DNA of 64,000 bases from an uncultured virus (IMG/VR IMGVR_UViG_3300003320_000087) (lineage: Duplodnaviria; Heunggongvirae; Uroviricota; Caudoviricetes). The notes beneath the pieces are model-generated. The model was not told where the DNA came from and searched no databases. It saw only the letters and a list, made by a program, of their open reading frames with translations. The DNA lies in the IMG/VR virus record IMGVR_UViG_3300003320_000087, positions 62,001 to 126,000 of that record. One strand, 5' to 3'. A program made the translations under genes and the position numbers. Positions 17,223-26,123 of this stretch are shown piece after piece (positions within the stretch are counted from its first letter, which is position 1; every line of letters starts with the position of its first letter).

Positions 17223-17948
17223 ATGAATAAGCGTATAGCCGGAATACTGATTGCAATCATTACATCACTTTCAGTAGTTTTCGGGATGTCAGGGACGGCA
17301 AATGCTGCTGGACCAAGAGGTTCTTCAGGTGTAGGATGGGCAGTACAATACAATGACCATGGAATGTGGAATCTGAAGCATAATTTCACATATACCATTA
17401 AGTTCGTTGACAAGAATGCACGAACAAAGTCAACTCCATATCTGAAGGCTTCTGTTGCGTATCTAAATGCTATGCCTGAAATGAAGGCGGCAAAGATTAA
17501 GTTTGTTCTGTCAACAATTGTGGCGGGTGGCACAAACTACAAGAACAGAAATTTGTGCGGAAACCCTTATGGAACTATCACTTACGTTCTGAAGTATCGT
17601 CCATTCAACGGCAAGAAGAACTATTCTGTATCTTACCCTTGCTATTACTATAAGGATGGCGATACAGCCCGAAATAATTCTGCTTATGGCGGATATGTTG
17701 AGATGGACAGTGAGTATTGGTCTAATCCTAACAAGAATGCTGCGTGGACGTATGGTATGAGGAATATTCATGCGCATGAGCTTGGGCATATTCTTGGGCT
17801 GGCACATCCTGACCCGGCAAAGTATTCTAAGAATGAGGTAACACCTATCATGCATACAACTGCTGGTGGTTACAAGAATTCTAATGCTGGAAAGTATCCT
17901 GCGCCAGATACGCGCGGGATTCGTAAGTTGGTTGCTAACGGCAGTTGA
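17223..17948 (+). CDS. Secreted zinc metallopeptidase (metzincin-like)
   Basis: Signal peptide ending ANA; HELGHILGLAH; Met-turn PIM. Confidence 0.8.
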   Translation: MNKRIAGILIAIITSLSVVFGMSGTANAAGPRGSSGVGWAVQYNDHGMWNLKHNFTYTIKFVDKNARTKSTPYLKASVAYLNAMPEMKAAKIKFVLSTIVAGGTNYKNRNLCGNPYGTITYVLKYRPFNGKKNYSVSYPCYYYKDGDTARNNSAYGGYVEMDSEYWSNPNKNAAWTYGMRNIHAHELGHILGLAHPDPAKYSKNEVTPIMHTTAGGYKNSNAGKYPAPDTRGIRKLVANGS

Positions 17949-18012
17949 CAGACATCATCGAATGATGTAAGATAGAAACATAAATCACCCACTCCCTTGT
18001 GGTTTGGGTTTT

Positions 18013-18085
18013 GGCTCGGTGGTGAAAGCGGCTATCACGCATCTCTCATAAAGATGTATTTCGGGTTCGAATCCCGGCTGAGCTA
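18013..18085 (+). tRNA. tRNA-Met(CAT) (Ile2 not excluded)
   Basis: CATCT-CTCATAA-AGATG. Confidence 0.85.
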
Positions 18086-18087
18086 CT

Positions 18088-18163
18088 AGCGCGGTAGTGA
18101 AATTCGGTATCACGCAAGGTTCATACCCTTGTATTGTCCGTTCAAATCGGGCCTGCGCCCCCA
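18088..18163 (+). tRNA. tRNA-Met(CAT), initiator-like 1:72 mismatch
   Basis: AGCGCGG/CTGCGCC, CAAGG-TTCATAC-CCTTG, encoded CCA. Confidence 0.75.
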
Positions 18164-18186
18164 CTTCTCCTAGAGAAAGGTTATAT

Positions 18187-18357
18187 ATGGCTAAGCCATA
18201 CAAGATTGCCTATTCTCATGAAGAGAAAGCGGCAATCAATAAAGAGTTGACCGCAGTAATGAAACGCATGGGTACTGATAAGACTCATAAAATTCATGTT
18301 GAGCACAAGATTATTAAGCATGGTCAGCAATGGGAGTTTTATGTTGTTCCTAAATGA
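18187..18357 (+). CDS. Hypothetical protein
   Basis: AAAGG SD then ATG. Confidence 0.55.
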   Translation: MAKPYKIAYSHEEKAAINKELTAVMKRMGTDKTHKIHVEHKIIKHGQQWEFYVVPK

Positions 18358-18538
18358 CACGTCCTAAATCCTTCTACTGTCAAAGGTAGAAGGAGGTGTT
18401 GAAAAATGCCAGGACCAATGTCCCGCCCAGATGGGCACAGGGAGTCTAGACAGGAGCGTGAAGCTCGTGGTAGACTTCTTATGAATGGAAAGACCCCGAA
18501 GACGGGTAAGTCTTCACGATGAGCGAAAGCTCATCATT

Positions 18539-18611
18539 GGCTCTTAAGTGTTAAAAGTTGGCACGTCGGATTGAAGGCCCGAAAGAGTTGGTGCGATACC
18601 AACAGGAGCCA
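18539..18611 (+). tRNA. tRNA-Phe(GAA), atypical T loop
   Basis: GGCTCTT/AGGAGCC; TTGAAGG loop; T loop TGCGATA. Confidence 0.7.
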
Positions 18612-18612
18612 C

Positions 18613-18762
18613 ATGGTAAATATCAAGAAGACGCCAGTATATAGGGCAGAGTCCAAAATTGAGGCTGAATCTTGGGTTGCCTCAACTGGCAAGAAAAGAT
18701 ATCCTGGTATAGAGCTGATTGTTCGGAAGCAGGGTAATAGTTGGCACGTTTATAAGGGGTAG
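18613..18762 (+). CDS. Small hypothetical protein, starts 2 nt after tRNA-Phe
   Basis: ATG after discriminator+C; MVNIKKTPVY... Confidence 0.55.
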   Translation: MVNIKKTPVYRAESKIEAESWVASTGKKRYPGIELIVRKQGNSWHVYKG

Positions 18763-18764
18763 TA

Positions 18765-18950
18765 ATGGAAGAGACAACAGTGTATGATGAGGCTATCGAG
18801 CGTGTCGCTGAAAAGATGGGCTTGACAGTACAGCAAGTTGATGATGTAATGAGCATGTACCATAAGGAAGCCAAGAATATTCACATTGAACGCGGACACA
18901 TTAAGACTGGCTCAACAATTGCATCAAAGAAGCGAACTAAGGTAGACTAA
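18765..18950 (+). CDS. Hypothetical protein (HU/IHF-like N-terminal helices possible)
   Basis: AIERVAEKMGLTVQQVDDV. Confidence 0.5.
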   Translation: MEETTVYDEAIERVAEKMGLTVQQVDDVMSMYHKEAKNIHIERGHIKTGSTIASKKRTKVD

Positions 18951-19228
18951 TGGCTAAGTGTTCTTTCAAGGATTGCCAGCATGGAGCAATTTCGGGCGGG
19001 TTGTGTAGAGGACATTACACTCAACAATACAGAGGTAAGAAGCTAACTCCACTCAATGAAAGAAGAGTGGCAGAACCCGTAGTAAATAGCACAAAGAAGT
19101 GCAAGACTTGTAAGAAGACAAAACCTGTTTCCGAGTTCTATGTAAAGGGTAAGACATTCGGAAAGACAACGTATTCATCTGATTGTAAGCCTTGTTACTC
19201 AAAGAAGGTTGTTGACAGGAGAAAGTGA
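18950..19228 (+). CDS. Zinc-finger protein
   Basis: CSFKDC..GLCRGHY; KKCKTC...EFY...CKPC. Confidence 0.6.
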   Translation: MAKCSFKDCQHGAISGGLCRGHYTQQYRGKKLTPLNERRVAEPVVNSTKKCKTCKKTKPVSEFYVKGKTFGKTTYSSDCKPCYSKKVVDRRK

Positions 19229-19542
19229 TGGACTGTTGGGATGTTGACCCTAGTAAGTCTCCGCGTACGAAGATGTCAGAAGAAGAACTTGAGCAATTCA
19301 TGGAGCAAGCAAAGAAGGTCGGTCTTTTCGTTCCTCCGGAACATGCTCAGGTAACCATCCTTGATGAAGACTACACAGTGATTGACTATCTTCGCCTGAT
19401 GGGGTAAGATAGTAACAACGGCTCGCAAGAGCCAAGCTTCGCAGACTAGAATGTGCTCTATGGTTAGACTAAGGCACACTATGAAAAGGAGACGTACGCT
19501 CCTAGCACCCCGCTCCAGTCGGTGTCTGTGAATACTGGAAAT

Positions 19543-19628
19543 GCATGTGTAAAGCGTAATTGGTAGCGTCCGTGACTGTAAATCACGTGTCCGAAAGGGC
19601 TCTGGGGGTTCAAGTCCCTCCGCATGCA
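19543..19628 (+). tRNA. tRNA-Tyr(GTA)
   Basis: CGTGA-CTGTAAA-TCACG, long variable arm. Confidence 0.88.
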
Positions 19629-19814
19629 CGCCAAGGGCAAAGTCATACCTTAACTAGCTAGGGGTCCCTGGGAAAAGTGACTAGCTGAGCGGGAAGTAAT
19701 TCCCCTTCTTGGCTGACAACCACGACTGTCAAACGCAAGAGCCTTGCGTCTAAGTCTAAGACCGTACCCATGAAATCGACGGGTTGAAATGCGTACGGGT
19801 AGGACAGGCTTCAT

Positions 19815-19889
19815 GGTGGCTATAGCATAAAAGTAATGTTCTGCTCTGTGAAAGCAGAGAAGAGGGGGCGGTACCCTCTAGTCACCCCA
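19815..19889 (+). tRNA. tRNA-His(GTG), atypical T loop
   Basis: G-1, GTGGCTA/TAGTCAC, C73, CCA; T loop GGCGGTA. Confidence 0.75.
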
Positions 19890-19891
19890 AT

Positions 19892-19963
19892 GAGCGTATG
19901 CGCGAGTGGTTTAGCGAGTGCTCTGCAAAAGCACGCACGTCGGTTCGAATCCGACTATGCTCT
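19892..19963 (+). tRNA. tRNA-Cys(GCA)
   Basis: GTGCT-CTGCAAA-AGCAC, U73. Confidence 0.9.
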
Positions 19964-20328
19964 CTATGTATCCACCACTTGGATACAGAAGGTAACCGCA
20001 AGTGTAAAAGTCAGCTAACTGACTGCCTTTGAAAGTGGTGCGGGTCTTCTCTAGCAGGAAGAATTGATACCTCAGTAAATAGCCCGTAAATAGCTGGGGA
20101 CCGGAGACTACAATGTGCTAGCATTGCCGGTATACTTTGAAGAGGCTAGTCACCTTGATAAGTAGTTATTGTTCGTAAGAAACTGTTTCAGACGTTGGCA
20201 GAAAGACAAGCGTCTAGCGACTAATCTAAGTTAGGCACAGTGGTGTAAACCTTAGGGAATGGCCGGAAGTGATTCTTCTGTCGCGATTAATCCGTGGTTC
20301 CCCCAAGAACACGTAAACCTGGGGCCAT

Positions 20329-20401
20329 TCCCCTGTAGCCAAGTTGGTAAGGCAGTGCACTGTTAATGCACGTATCGCAAGTTCGAGTCTTGCCAGGGGA
20401 G
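20329..20401 (+). tRNA. tRNA-Asn(GTT)
   Basis: TCCCCTG/CAGGGGA; GTGCA-CTGTTAA-TGCAC. Confidence 0.92.
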
Positions 20402-20792
20402 CTGAACGTACAGAATCGGGAAAAGAACGGATTTGGAAGCCAAGTAATAACCATGGTAAAGTTGGTGAAAGATGAAGGGGAGATACTGAAGAGCGTGGGT
20501 CCTAGACTATTATCTAGGTACAGCCCGCCGCGTTCGCCAAGCTTGGTCGTATAGAATGGGGATAGTAAGCGCACGGATTCGCGATACTCTGTGTGATAGG
20601 ATAGCCAATAGAGTTGGTAAGCCCGTAAGGGCCAGGCCCACCACGACCGCCAAACTTTGTCATGATGCATAGATTTTTCGACGGGCTTAAGACCGAGTAT
20701 CGATAATCGACAGGCATTGGGGCAAAAGGCTGCTGTTGGGACAGCCAAGCAAGAGACACCGCTCAAAGGTGGAGTGCTGCATCCCTTCCTAT

Positions 20793-20869
20793 GCCCTAGT
20801 ATGCCCTCTGGCTTCGAACCAGTGGAAAGGCTAATGGACTACATGGGGGTTCGAATCCCTTCTGGGGCA
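20793..20869 (+). tRNA. Rearranged tRNA-Arg(TCG): D-loop-like sequence lies 3' of the anticodon arm
   Basis: GCCCTAG/CTGGGGC, CTGG-CTTCGAA-CCAG soon after the acceptor, then GGCTAATGGACTACAT, canonical T arm. Confidence 0.65.
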
Positions 20870-20870
20870 C

Positions 20871-21059
20871 ATGGCTAAAGCAAGAAGAGCAAAGAGCGGT
20901 AATAAGGTTACCATTATTGTTGGTGAGCATGATGGTGAAAAGGGTATCGCTCTTGAAGATGGAGAAAACCTTAATTCTATTAGAGTAAGACTTACAACTG
21001 GACCTAATTCTGGAAGAGTGGTAAGAATTACGACTGGAAATTATATTGTAGGCGGTTAG
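20871..21059 (+). CDS. KOW/SH3-like small protein, starts 2 nt after the tRNA
   Basis: GNKVTIIVGEHDGEKG KOW motif. Confidence 0.65.
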   Translation: MAKARRAKSGNKVTIIVGEHDGEKGIALEDGENLNSIRVRLTTGPNSGRVVRITTGNYIVGG

Positions 21060-21200
21060 ACTGCGGGGGTGGCTAGGGTAGACGCAGCCGCCTAGTCATT
21101 AAATGAATTTGGAATCGCCCCTCTGCATACCTTAACAATACGGTTGTAGTAATCATGGTTTATGTCCGCCTGAAGTGGTCATGAGCGCGATGATAAGCTT

Positions 21201-21302
21201 GCGCATAGATAAATGGCGGTACTGTGGTTCAACTCCATAGGTCTAGGGGCTCTAGTTTAAAATTCGGCGGAAGCCTGAAGTTCGATTCTTCAATCTATGT
21301 GC
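21201..21302 (+). ncRNA. Structured RNA with two T-arm hairpins
   Basis: GCGCATAGAT/ATCTATGTGC closure; CTGTGG-TTCAACT-CCATAG and TGAAG-TTCGATT-CTTCA. Confidence 0.55.
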
Positions 21303-21305
21303 TTT

Positions 21306-21377
21306 GCTCTTGAAGTTCAACGGATGAACAAGTCTCTCCTAAAGACTAGGTTGCAGGTTCAAATCCTGTCAGGAGCA
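21306..21377 (+). tRNA. tRNA-Arg(CCT)
   Basis: AGTCT-CTCCTAA-AGACT. Confidence 0.88.
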
Positions 21378-21378
21378 C

Positions 21379-21573
21379 ATGGCTAATACACGAAAGATGA
21401 TTGGTGCATATTTTGGCGGGGACAAGAAAAAGAACTGGATTGGTTCTGCCCCAACAAAAGCACTAATAGAACGTCTTGTTGAATCTCATATGCATGTTAC
21501 GGGTAGAGAACGTAAAGAATATAAAACATTTAATTACAAGGATGACCCTGAAAAGCTGGGGCCACCAACATAA
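21379..21573 (+). CDS. Small hypothetical protein between tRNA-Arg and tmRNA
   Basis: ATG 2 nt after the tRNA; TAA abuts the tmRNA 5' end. Confidence 0.6.
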   Translation: MANTRKMIGAYFGGDKKKNWIGSAPTKALIERLVESHMHVTGRERKEYKTFNYKDDPEKLGPPT

Positions 21574-21870
21574 GGGCCTGCTTGGTTTCGACTTTGCTGG
21601 ACTGGAATATAGACGCAGCCGTTCTTTGGTAAGAGAACTAAAACAGACCAAAACCATAAATGCAAACTCTAAGAATGCATTCGCCCTTGCAGCGTAATTG
21701 CTGCTGATGGCCGGGTTTGTGGATGACCTTGGAACAGAACATCCACGAAAAACATTGCCTTGTGGCAAACGTGAAGATATTGTGTAAGACTCTTTAGAGT
21801 GATTGACATGGCTGTTATTCGGATATATGCTAGGTAGTGAAGGACAGGGGTTCGACTCCCCTCAGGTCCA
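21574..21870 (+). ncRNA. ssrA: tmRNA, tag ANSKNAFALAA (21662-21697)
   Basis: 5' GGGCCTG..GGTTTCGAC; 3' GGACAGGGGTTCGACTCCCCTCAGGTCCA; G3.U; ATAAAT-GCA resume context; ALAA end. Confidence 0.93.
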
Positions 21871-21886
21871 CAAGTAAAGGATTGAA

Positions 21887-22060
21887 ATGAAAGTAAACAA
21901 TCTCTACATCTATGGTAACAGTGAGTACCTTCGTAGACTAGAAGAAGATTATGTATTCATGGGTAGGCAAGTGAGGATGGAAGATGATAGACTTATCGTG
22001 TTCGCGCTTCCAAAGCGTCGCAAGACAACCAAGCCTCAGACAAAGCCTAAGAGGCGTTGA
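21887..22060 (+). CDS. Hypothetical protein (57 aa, not in ORF track)
   Basis: AAGGGA SD; basic C-terminus. Confidence 0.5.
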   Translation: MKVNNLYIYGNSEYLRRLEEDYVFMGRQVRMEDDRLIVFALPKRRKTTKPQTKPKRR

Positions 22061-22462
22061 CATAGATGTTGGCTAGTGTAAGCTAGCCAAGCTAGACGAG
22101 ATGACCATACGTTCTGTAAGTCGGCATGGGGTCACGCCCTAACCGTTGGAACAAAATTTCCTGGCCAAGGGTGGTGCTACCTCGTTTGACACTTCGCACG
22201 TGACTCTGATAGTGTCAGAACACAACAGACAGACAAGGCTTAGGCAGATGAGAGTAGTTCAAGCGGTGGTAACTTAGATGCCCACTTAATGATGCTCAAT
22301 AGGCTGGTGGGATGCGCGTGGTCATGTTGTATGGGACCCAAGGAGTAGGACGCGGGTAGTACAGTCAGATAAGCTCAGTTTGACCGTAAGCTGAGAGTAT
22401 GCGATAGTAGGTTCGGTACCGAAATGTGGCATACAAGCTTAAATTCGACATAAGGAGTTATT

Positions 22463-22759
22463 ATGGCTACTGGCAAGGAACGTGGATTCAAGGACTGGAA
22501 GGGTTCTAAGGAGTTCCGTCGTAGCGCTCGTAATTACACTGAATCCGATACCATCAATCGTGGTCGCAAGAAGAAGAACACGAAGAAGTGGTGTAAGGGC
22601 GTTGTTGGTCGTAAGCACACCCTTGCTCTTTTCAACAAGTACACCTTCTCCAGAAACTACAAGTGTCTTAACTGCGGTAAGGAAATCTGGCACATTTCAA
22701 ATCGTGATGATTACAATTACGAGGAGAAGAACTACACTGAGTGGGAAAATTACCAGTAA
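22463..22759 (+). CDS. Hypothetical basic zinc-ribbon protein
   Basis: AAGGAG SD; WCKG..G.H, CLNCGK. Confidence 0.6.
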   Translation: MATGKERGFKDWKGSKEFRRSARNYTESDTINRGRKKKNTKKWCKGVVGRKHTLALFNKYTFSRNYKCLNCGKEIWHISNRDDYNYEEKNYTEWENYQ

Positions 22760-22834
22760 TCTCAGTCAACTAGTTGGACAACCAATCTCTATGGCTATAT
22801 AATTAAGAGTGAATCCATCAAGTTAGGAGGAATT

Positions 22835-23257
22835 ATGAATTTCCTTGAACATATGGGATATCAAGTTCTAACTGACCTTTTGACGGAAATTCGAGATGGC
22901 CAGAGAGGATTGGAGGTTACAATGGCAGACCTACAGACAGAAGTTGCGAACCTTCGTGATGCGGTAACAGGTGTTTCACAGCGTGTTGACGCTCTTGTTG
23001 GACCACTTACGAATGCCGTTCAGGAGGCACAGGCAGCTCTCGCAGCAGAGCGTGAGACAGCGGCTAACCTAGCAGCAGCAGAGGACGCCGAAGATGTTGC
23101 TCAGAATCAGGCTCTTGCTGATGCACAGGCAGCAACAGATGCAGCTCTAGCAAATGCTCAGAGTGCAGCAGATGAGATTAGCGCAGAGACAGCACGTCTT
23201 AACTCTATTGCTCAGCAGCCAACGGAGGAACCAGCTCCAGAGCAGCCAACTGAGTAA
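22835..23257 (+). CDS. Ala/acid-rich coiled-coil protein
   Basis: AGGAGG SD; heptad-like Ala/Glu/Gln sequence. Confidence 0.65.
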   Translation: MNFLEHMGYQVLTDLLTEIRDGQRGLEVTMADLQTEVANLRDAVTGVSQRVDALVGPLTNAVQEAQAALAAERETAANLAAAEDAEDVAQNQALADAQAATDAALANAQSAADEISAETARLNSIAQQPTEEPAPEQPTE

Positions 23258-23277
23258 TTCATAATTAAATAGCTTCA

Positions 23278-23311
23278 AAACCCCGCCGAAATACGGCGGG
23301 GTTTCTGTTTT
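23278..23311 (+). terminator. Intrinsic terminator
   Basis: AAACCCCGCCG/CGGCGGGGTTT plus T-rich tail. Confidence 0.65.
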
Positions 23312-23473
23312 AGGAGGGAAAATGTCATATAAGTATGTAGTAGCAATGAGTGAAGATGAGCTTTTGTTTACTCTCAGCTTGTCAGAAACAAAGTTGTATA
23401 GATATAAGCATGAGGCTGAGGAAAACAAGCAGCCTTGGCAGAAGGTATTCAAGATTACTATTGAAGAGGCGTA

Positions 23474-23728
23474 ATGAATCGTCGCAAATTCCTTTGTCTT
23501 GATTGTAATGTAGATACCGGCCGGATTGGCGAACACTACATGCTCATTGATGAAACATGGTCCTTGACAGGACTAGGGGCCATTGGTATGCTGTGTATTC
23601 AGCACGTTGAAGAGCGCATTGGTCGAAAGCTAGTTGCGGCAGACTTTAATGACAGTTACCTGAATAATCCTCGTACAGGAATCATTTCGCAGAGGCTTGC
23701 GGACCGTATGGGTCTTCTGGTATCATAA
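23474..23728 (+). CDS. Zinc-binding hypothetical protein
   Basis: CLDC..YML..W..MLCI..VE.RIGR.L..DF. Confidence 0.6.
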   Translation: MNRRKFLCLDCNVDTGRIGEHYMLIDETWSLTGLGAIGMLCIQHVEERIGRKLVAADFNDSYLNNPRTGIISQRLADRMGLLVS

Positions 23729-23733
23729 AAGAT

Positions 23734-23888
23734 GTCCCTGTAGCTTAAAAGGAAGAGCGCAGTAAAAACGGAGACTGGTCATGATAGGATGGTTGCAGAA
23801 GCACCGAATGGCTTTAGCGGGTCTGTAGGGAAGCGCGTTATCCAAGCCTGTCTAACATTGGGTGTGAGTTCGAATCTCATCGGGGACA
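23734..23888 (+). ncRNA. tRNA-like RNA with a ~90-nt structured insert replacing the anticodon loop
   Basis: GTCCCTG/CGGGGAC-A, D arm TAGCTTAAAAGGAAGAGC, CAGT/ATTG stem, T arm GTGAG-TTCGAAT-CTCAT. Confidence 0.7.
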
Positions 23889-23905
23889 CAAGTAAAGGGG
23901 ATTAT

Positions 23906-24169
23906 ATGAGTTTTATTCCTTCACGAGACGTTTTTAATATGTCTCCGGAAGAAGTAGAGAAACTTGACAAAATCTATGACGAGATTGAGGCTAAGTATCT
24001 TGATGATTTTGCAGAAGATGAGTTTGGTGTGGGCTGGACTTTTGAGAAGGTTCGTAAAGAGCCCCGTTATAAACATTGGTATCCAATTATCGGCGGGTAT
24101 GATATGCTGGTATATCTAATGAACCGTGAGGAATGGAATGCGAAGAGGAACGAAGATTCAGATTCGTGA
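23906..24169 (+). CDS. Hypothetical protein
   Basis: AAGGGG SD then ATG. Confidence 0.55.
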   Translation: MSFIPSRDVFNMSPEEVEKLDKIYDEIEAKYLDDFAEDEFGVGWTFEKVRKEPRYKHWYPIIGGYDMLVYLMNREEWNAKRNEDSDS

Positions 24170-24309
24170 CAGAAATCACCCGCTCTATCTTGCTTATGGG
24201 ACATTTCAGAAGAATAAGCTAGGTAAGAAGGCTGTGGTTAAGGTCAATGGTAAGGAAATTGTTTTGAAGCGTGACCGCTTTACAGCAGTGTAAAAGCCCT
24301 TCGGGGCAT

Positions 24310-24396
24310 GGAGATATCGCATAGTCTGGTCTAGTGCGCGGAACTGCTAATTCCGTAGGTGTAAAAGCCTCAAGGGTTCGAATCCCTTTATCTCCG
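24310..24396 (+). tRNA. tRNA-Ser(GCT)
   Basis: CGGAA-CTGCTAA-TTCCG, long variable arm, G73. Confidence 0.92.
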
Positions 24397-24802
24397 CCTG
24401 GGAAGTCATGTATTGGTAAGAATTTGAGATGTGGGCATGACGAGAGCGTATGGTAGGGAAGGCGCTCAAGCTATGTTATAGTTATGGGATTGAAAATCAA
24501 GAATGAATAAAAAGGATTGCCCCCACAAAAGAATTAGAAATATTGAAAATGTGGGTAAGGAAAAAGTCAAATCTTCTTCATGGAAGAAGAGTGTTTGCAT
24601 TGATTGCAAGACTACTTTTAGAGGATTGAATGGTAAAGATAAATGAGTCTTTTTAAAAGGAAGTATCCATTCAAAAAGAAGGATTGTCCGCATATGCATA
24701 TCAGAGACATTTATGGAGATGAAATTATTGCGGCCGGTGGTAAGCGCTCTTATTGTCTAGATTGCGGAACATCGTTTAAGGGACTGGGTGGAAGGAGCTA
24801 AA

Positions 24803-25849
24803 ATGGTACATGTATCACAGATTTTCTCCGTCGATGATTTGCGTCATGAGATGGATGAAGGTTGGGTTCGTTCTCAGGTTAACGAAGATAACACTCTGTC
24901 AGTGTATAATTACACTGAGGCAGCGCAGTATAAGCGTCGCTGGAATAATGTAACGCTGAATTGCCGGGGCTTGATTCTCGACAACTATATGAACATTGTT
25001 GCTCGTCCATGGAAGAAGTTTTTTAACTTTGGTGAACGCCCCCTCTTGTTTTCAACAGATGACCCTGTTGAGGTGACTGATAAGAAGGATGGCTCACTAG
25101 GTATTCTTTATAGACATCCTATGACTGGTGATTGGAAGATTGCTACTCGCGGTTCCTTCCTTTCTGAACAAGCAATTCATGCAACGAAGGTATGGGATGA
25201 CAAGTATAGTCATATTGTCATTGCAAATGAAGGCTTGACAGTTCTATTCGAGATTATCTATCCAGATAATCGCATTGTTCTTGAGTATGACTTTGACGAC
25301 CTGGTCTTGCTTGGGTCTGTACAAAACAAGTATGGATGGTACTATGGTCCTCAAGAGACAGCCGGAATGATTAATTGGCCCGGACCAGTCACAGAGGTGT
25401 TTGAGTACCGTACGCTCAATGAGTGCTTCGGAGTCCACAGAAAAAATGCTGAGGGCTTGATTATTCGCGCGGGTAGTGAGATGGTCAAGTTGAAGCAGGA
25501 AGACTACGTGGCTTTGCACAAGCTAGTCACTGGTCTGAATGAAAAGGCTGTGTGGGAGCGCTTGAAGGCAGGCGAGACACGTGATAGTATCTGTGCATCG
25601 CTTCCGGATGAGTTCCATGGATTTGTTGACAATGTGGCTGATGACCTTGAAGAAAAGTTCCGGGTAATCTACTTGACAGCACATGATGAGTACTGTAAGG
25701 TTCTCAACAAGATGCCAGTCAAGTACACAAGGAAGCAGTTCGAACTTGAGGCTCTGAAGACAAAGAATCATTCATTGCTGTTTTCGTTCCTTGACAACAG
25801 GCCAGTGTATGAGTCAATATGGGATATGATTCGTCCTAAGGGTGAGTAA
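24803..25849 (+). CDS. RNA ligase, Rnl1 (T4 RnlA-like)
   Basis: CRGLI..ARPWKKFFN, KKDGSL motif I, ATRGSF, FEII, EG, KLK. Confidence 0.88.
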   Translation: MVHVSQIFSVDDLRHEMDEGWVRSQVNEDNTLSVYNYTEAAQYKRRWNNVTLNCRGLILDNYMNIVARPWKKFFNFGERPLLFSTDDPVEVTDKKDGSLGILYRHPMTGDWKIATRGSFLSEQAIHATKVWDDKYSHIVIANEGLTVLFEIIYPDNRIVLEYDFDDLVLLGSVQNKYGWYYGPQETAGMINWPGPVTEVFEYRTLNECFGVHRKNAEGLIIRAGSEMVKLKQEDYVALHKLVTGLNEKAVWERLKAGETRDSICASLPDEFHGFVDNVADDLEEKFRVIYLTAHDEYCKVLNKMPVKYTRKQFELEALKTKNHSLLFSFLDNRPVYESIWDMIRPKGE

Positions 25850-26123
25850 TATGAATTGGCAAGAATGGGTGTTGCTTGGTTGTCTTGTCGTAAGTCTTGG
25901 ATGTAAGATGGCGAGTGCATATCTCAATGAAGACACCAAGGCTAGGCAACAACCGCTGAACCGCCAACAACGTAGGCATCCTAATGGATATGTTCCTGCT
26001 CGTAAGTTTAAGACTGTTAATGTTGGTCGTCAAAAGCAGGGAAATAACAAGGCAATCAAGAATTGGTAGTCTTGTGCCGGATTCGTCCGGCAAGCTTCCG
26101 TTTAAAATAACAAGGAGAATAAA

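Noticed and set aside
21476..21697. ORF ending ANSKNAFALAA
   Set aside because: Not a gene; it is the tmRNA tag reading frame extended upstream by chance
23762..23860. Group I intron or bulge-helix-bulge intron in the tRNA-like gene
   Set aside because: Too short for a group I core and no clear BHB motif or reconstructable anticodon loop
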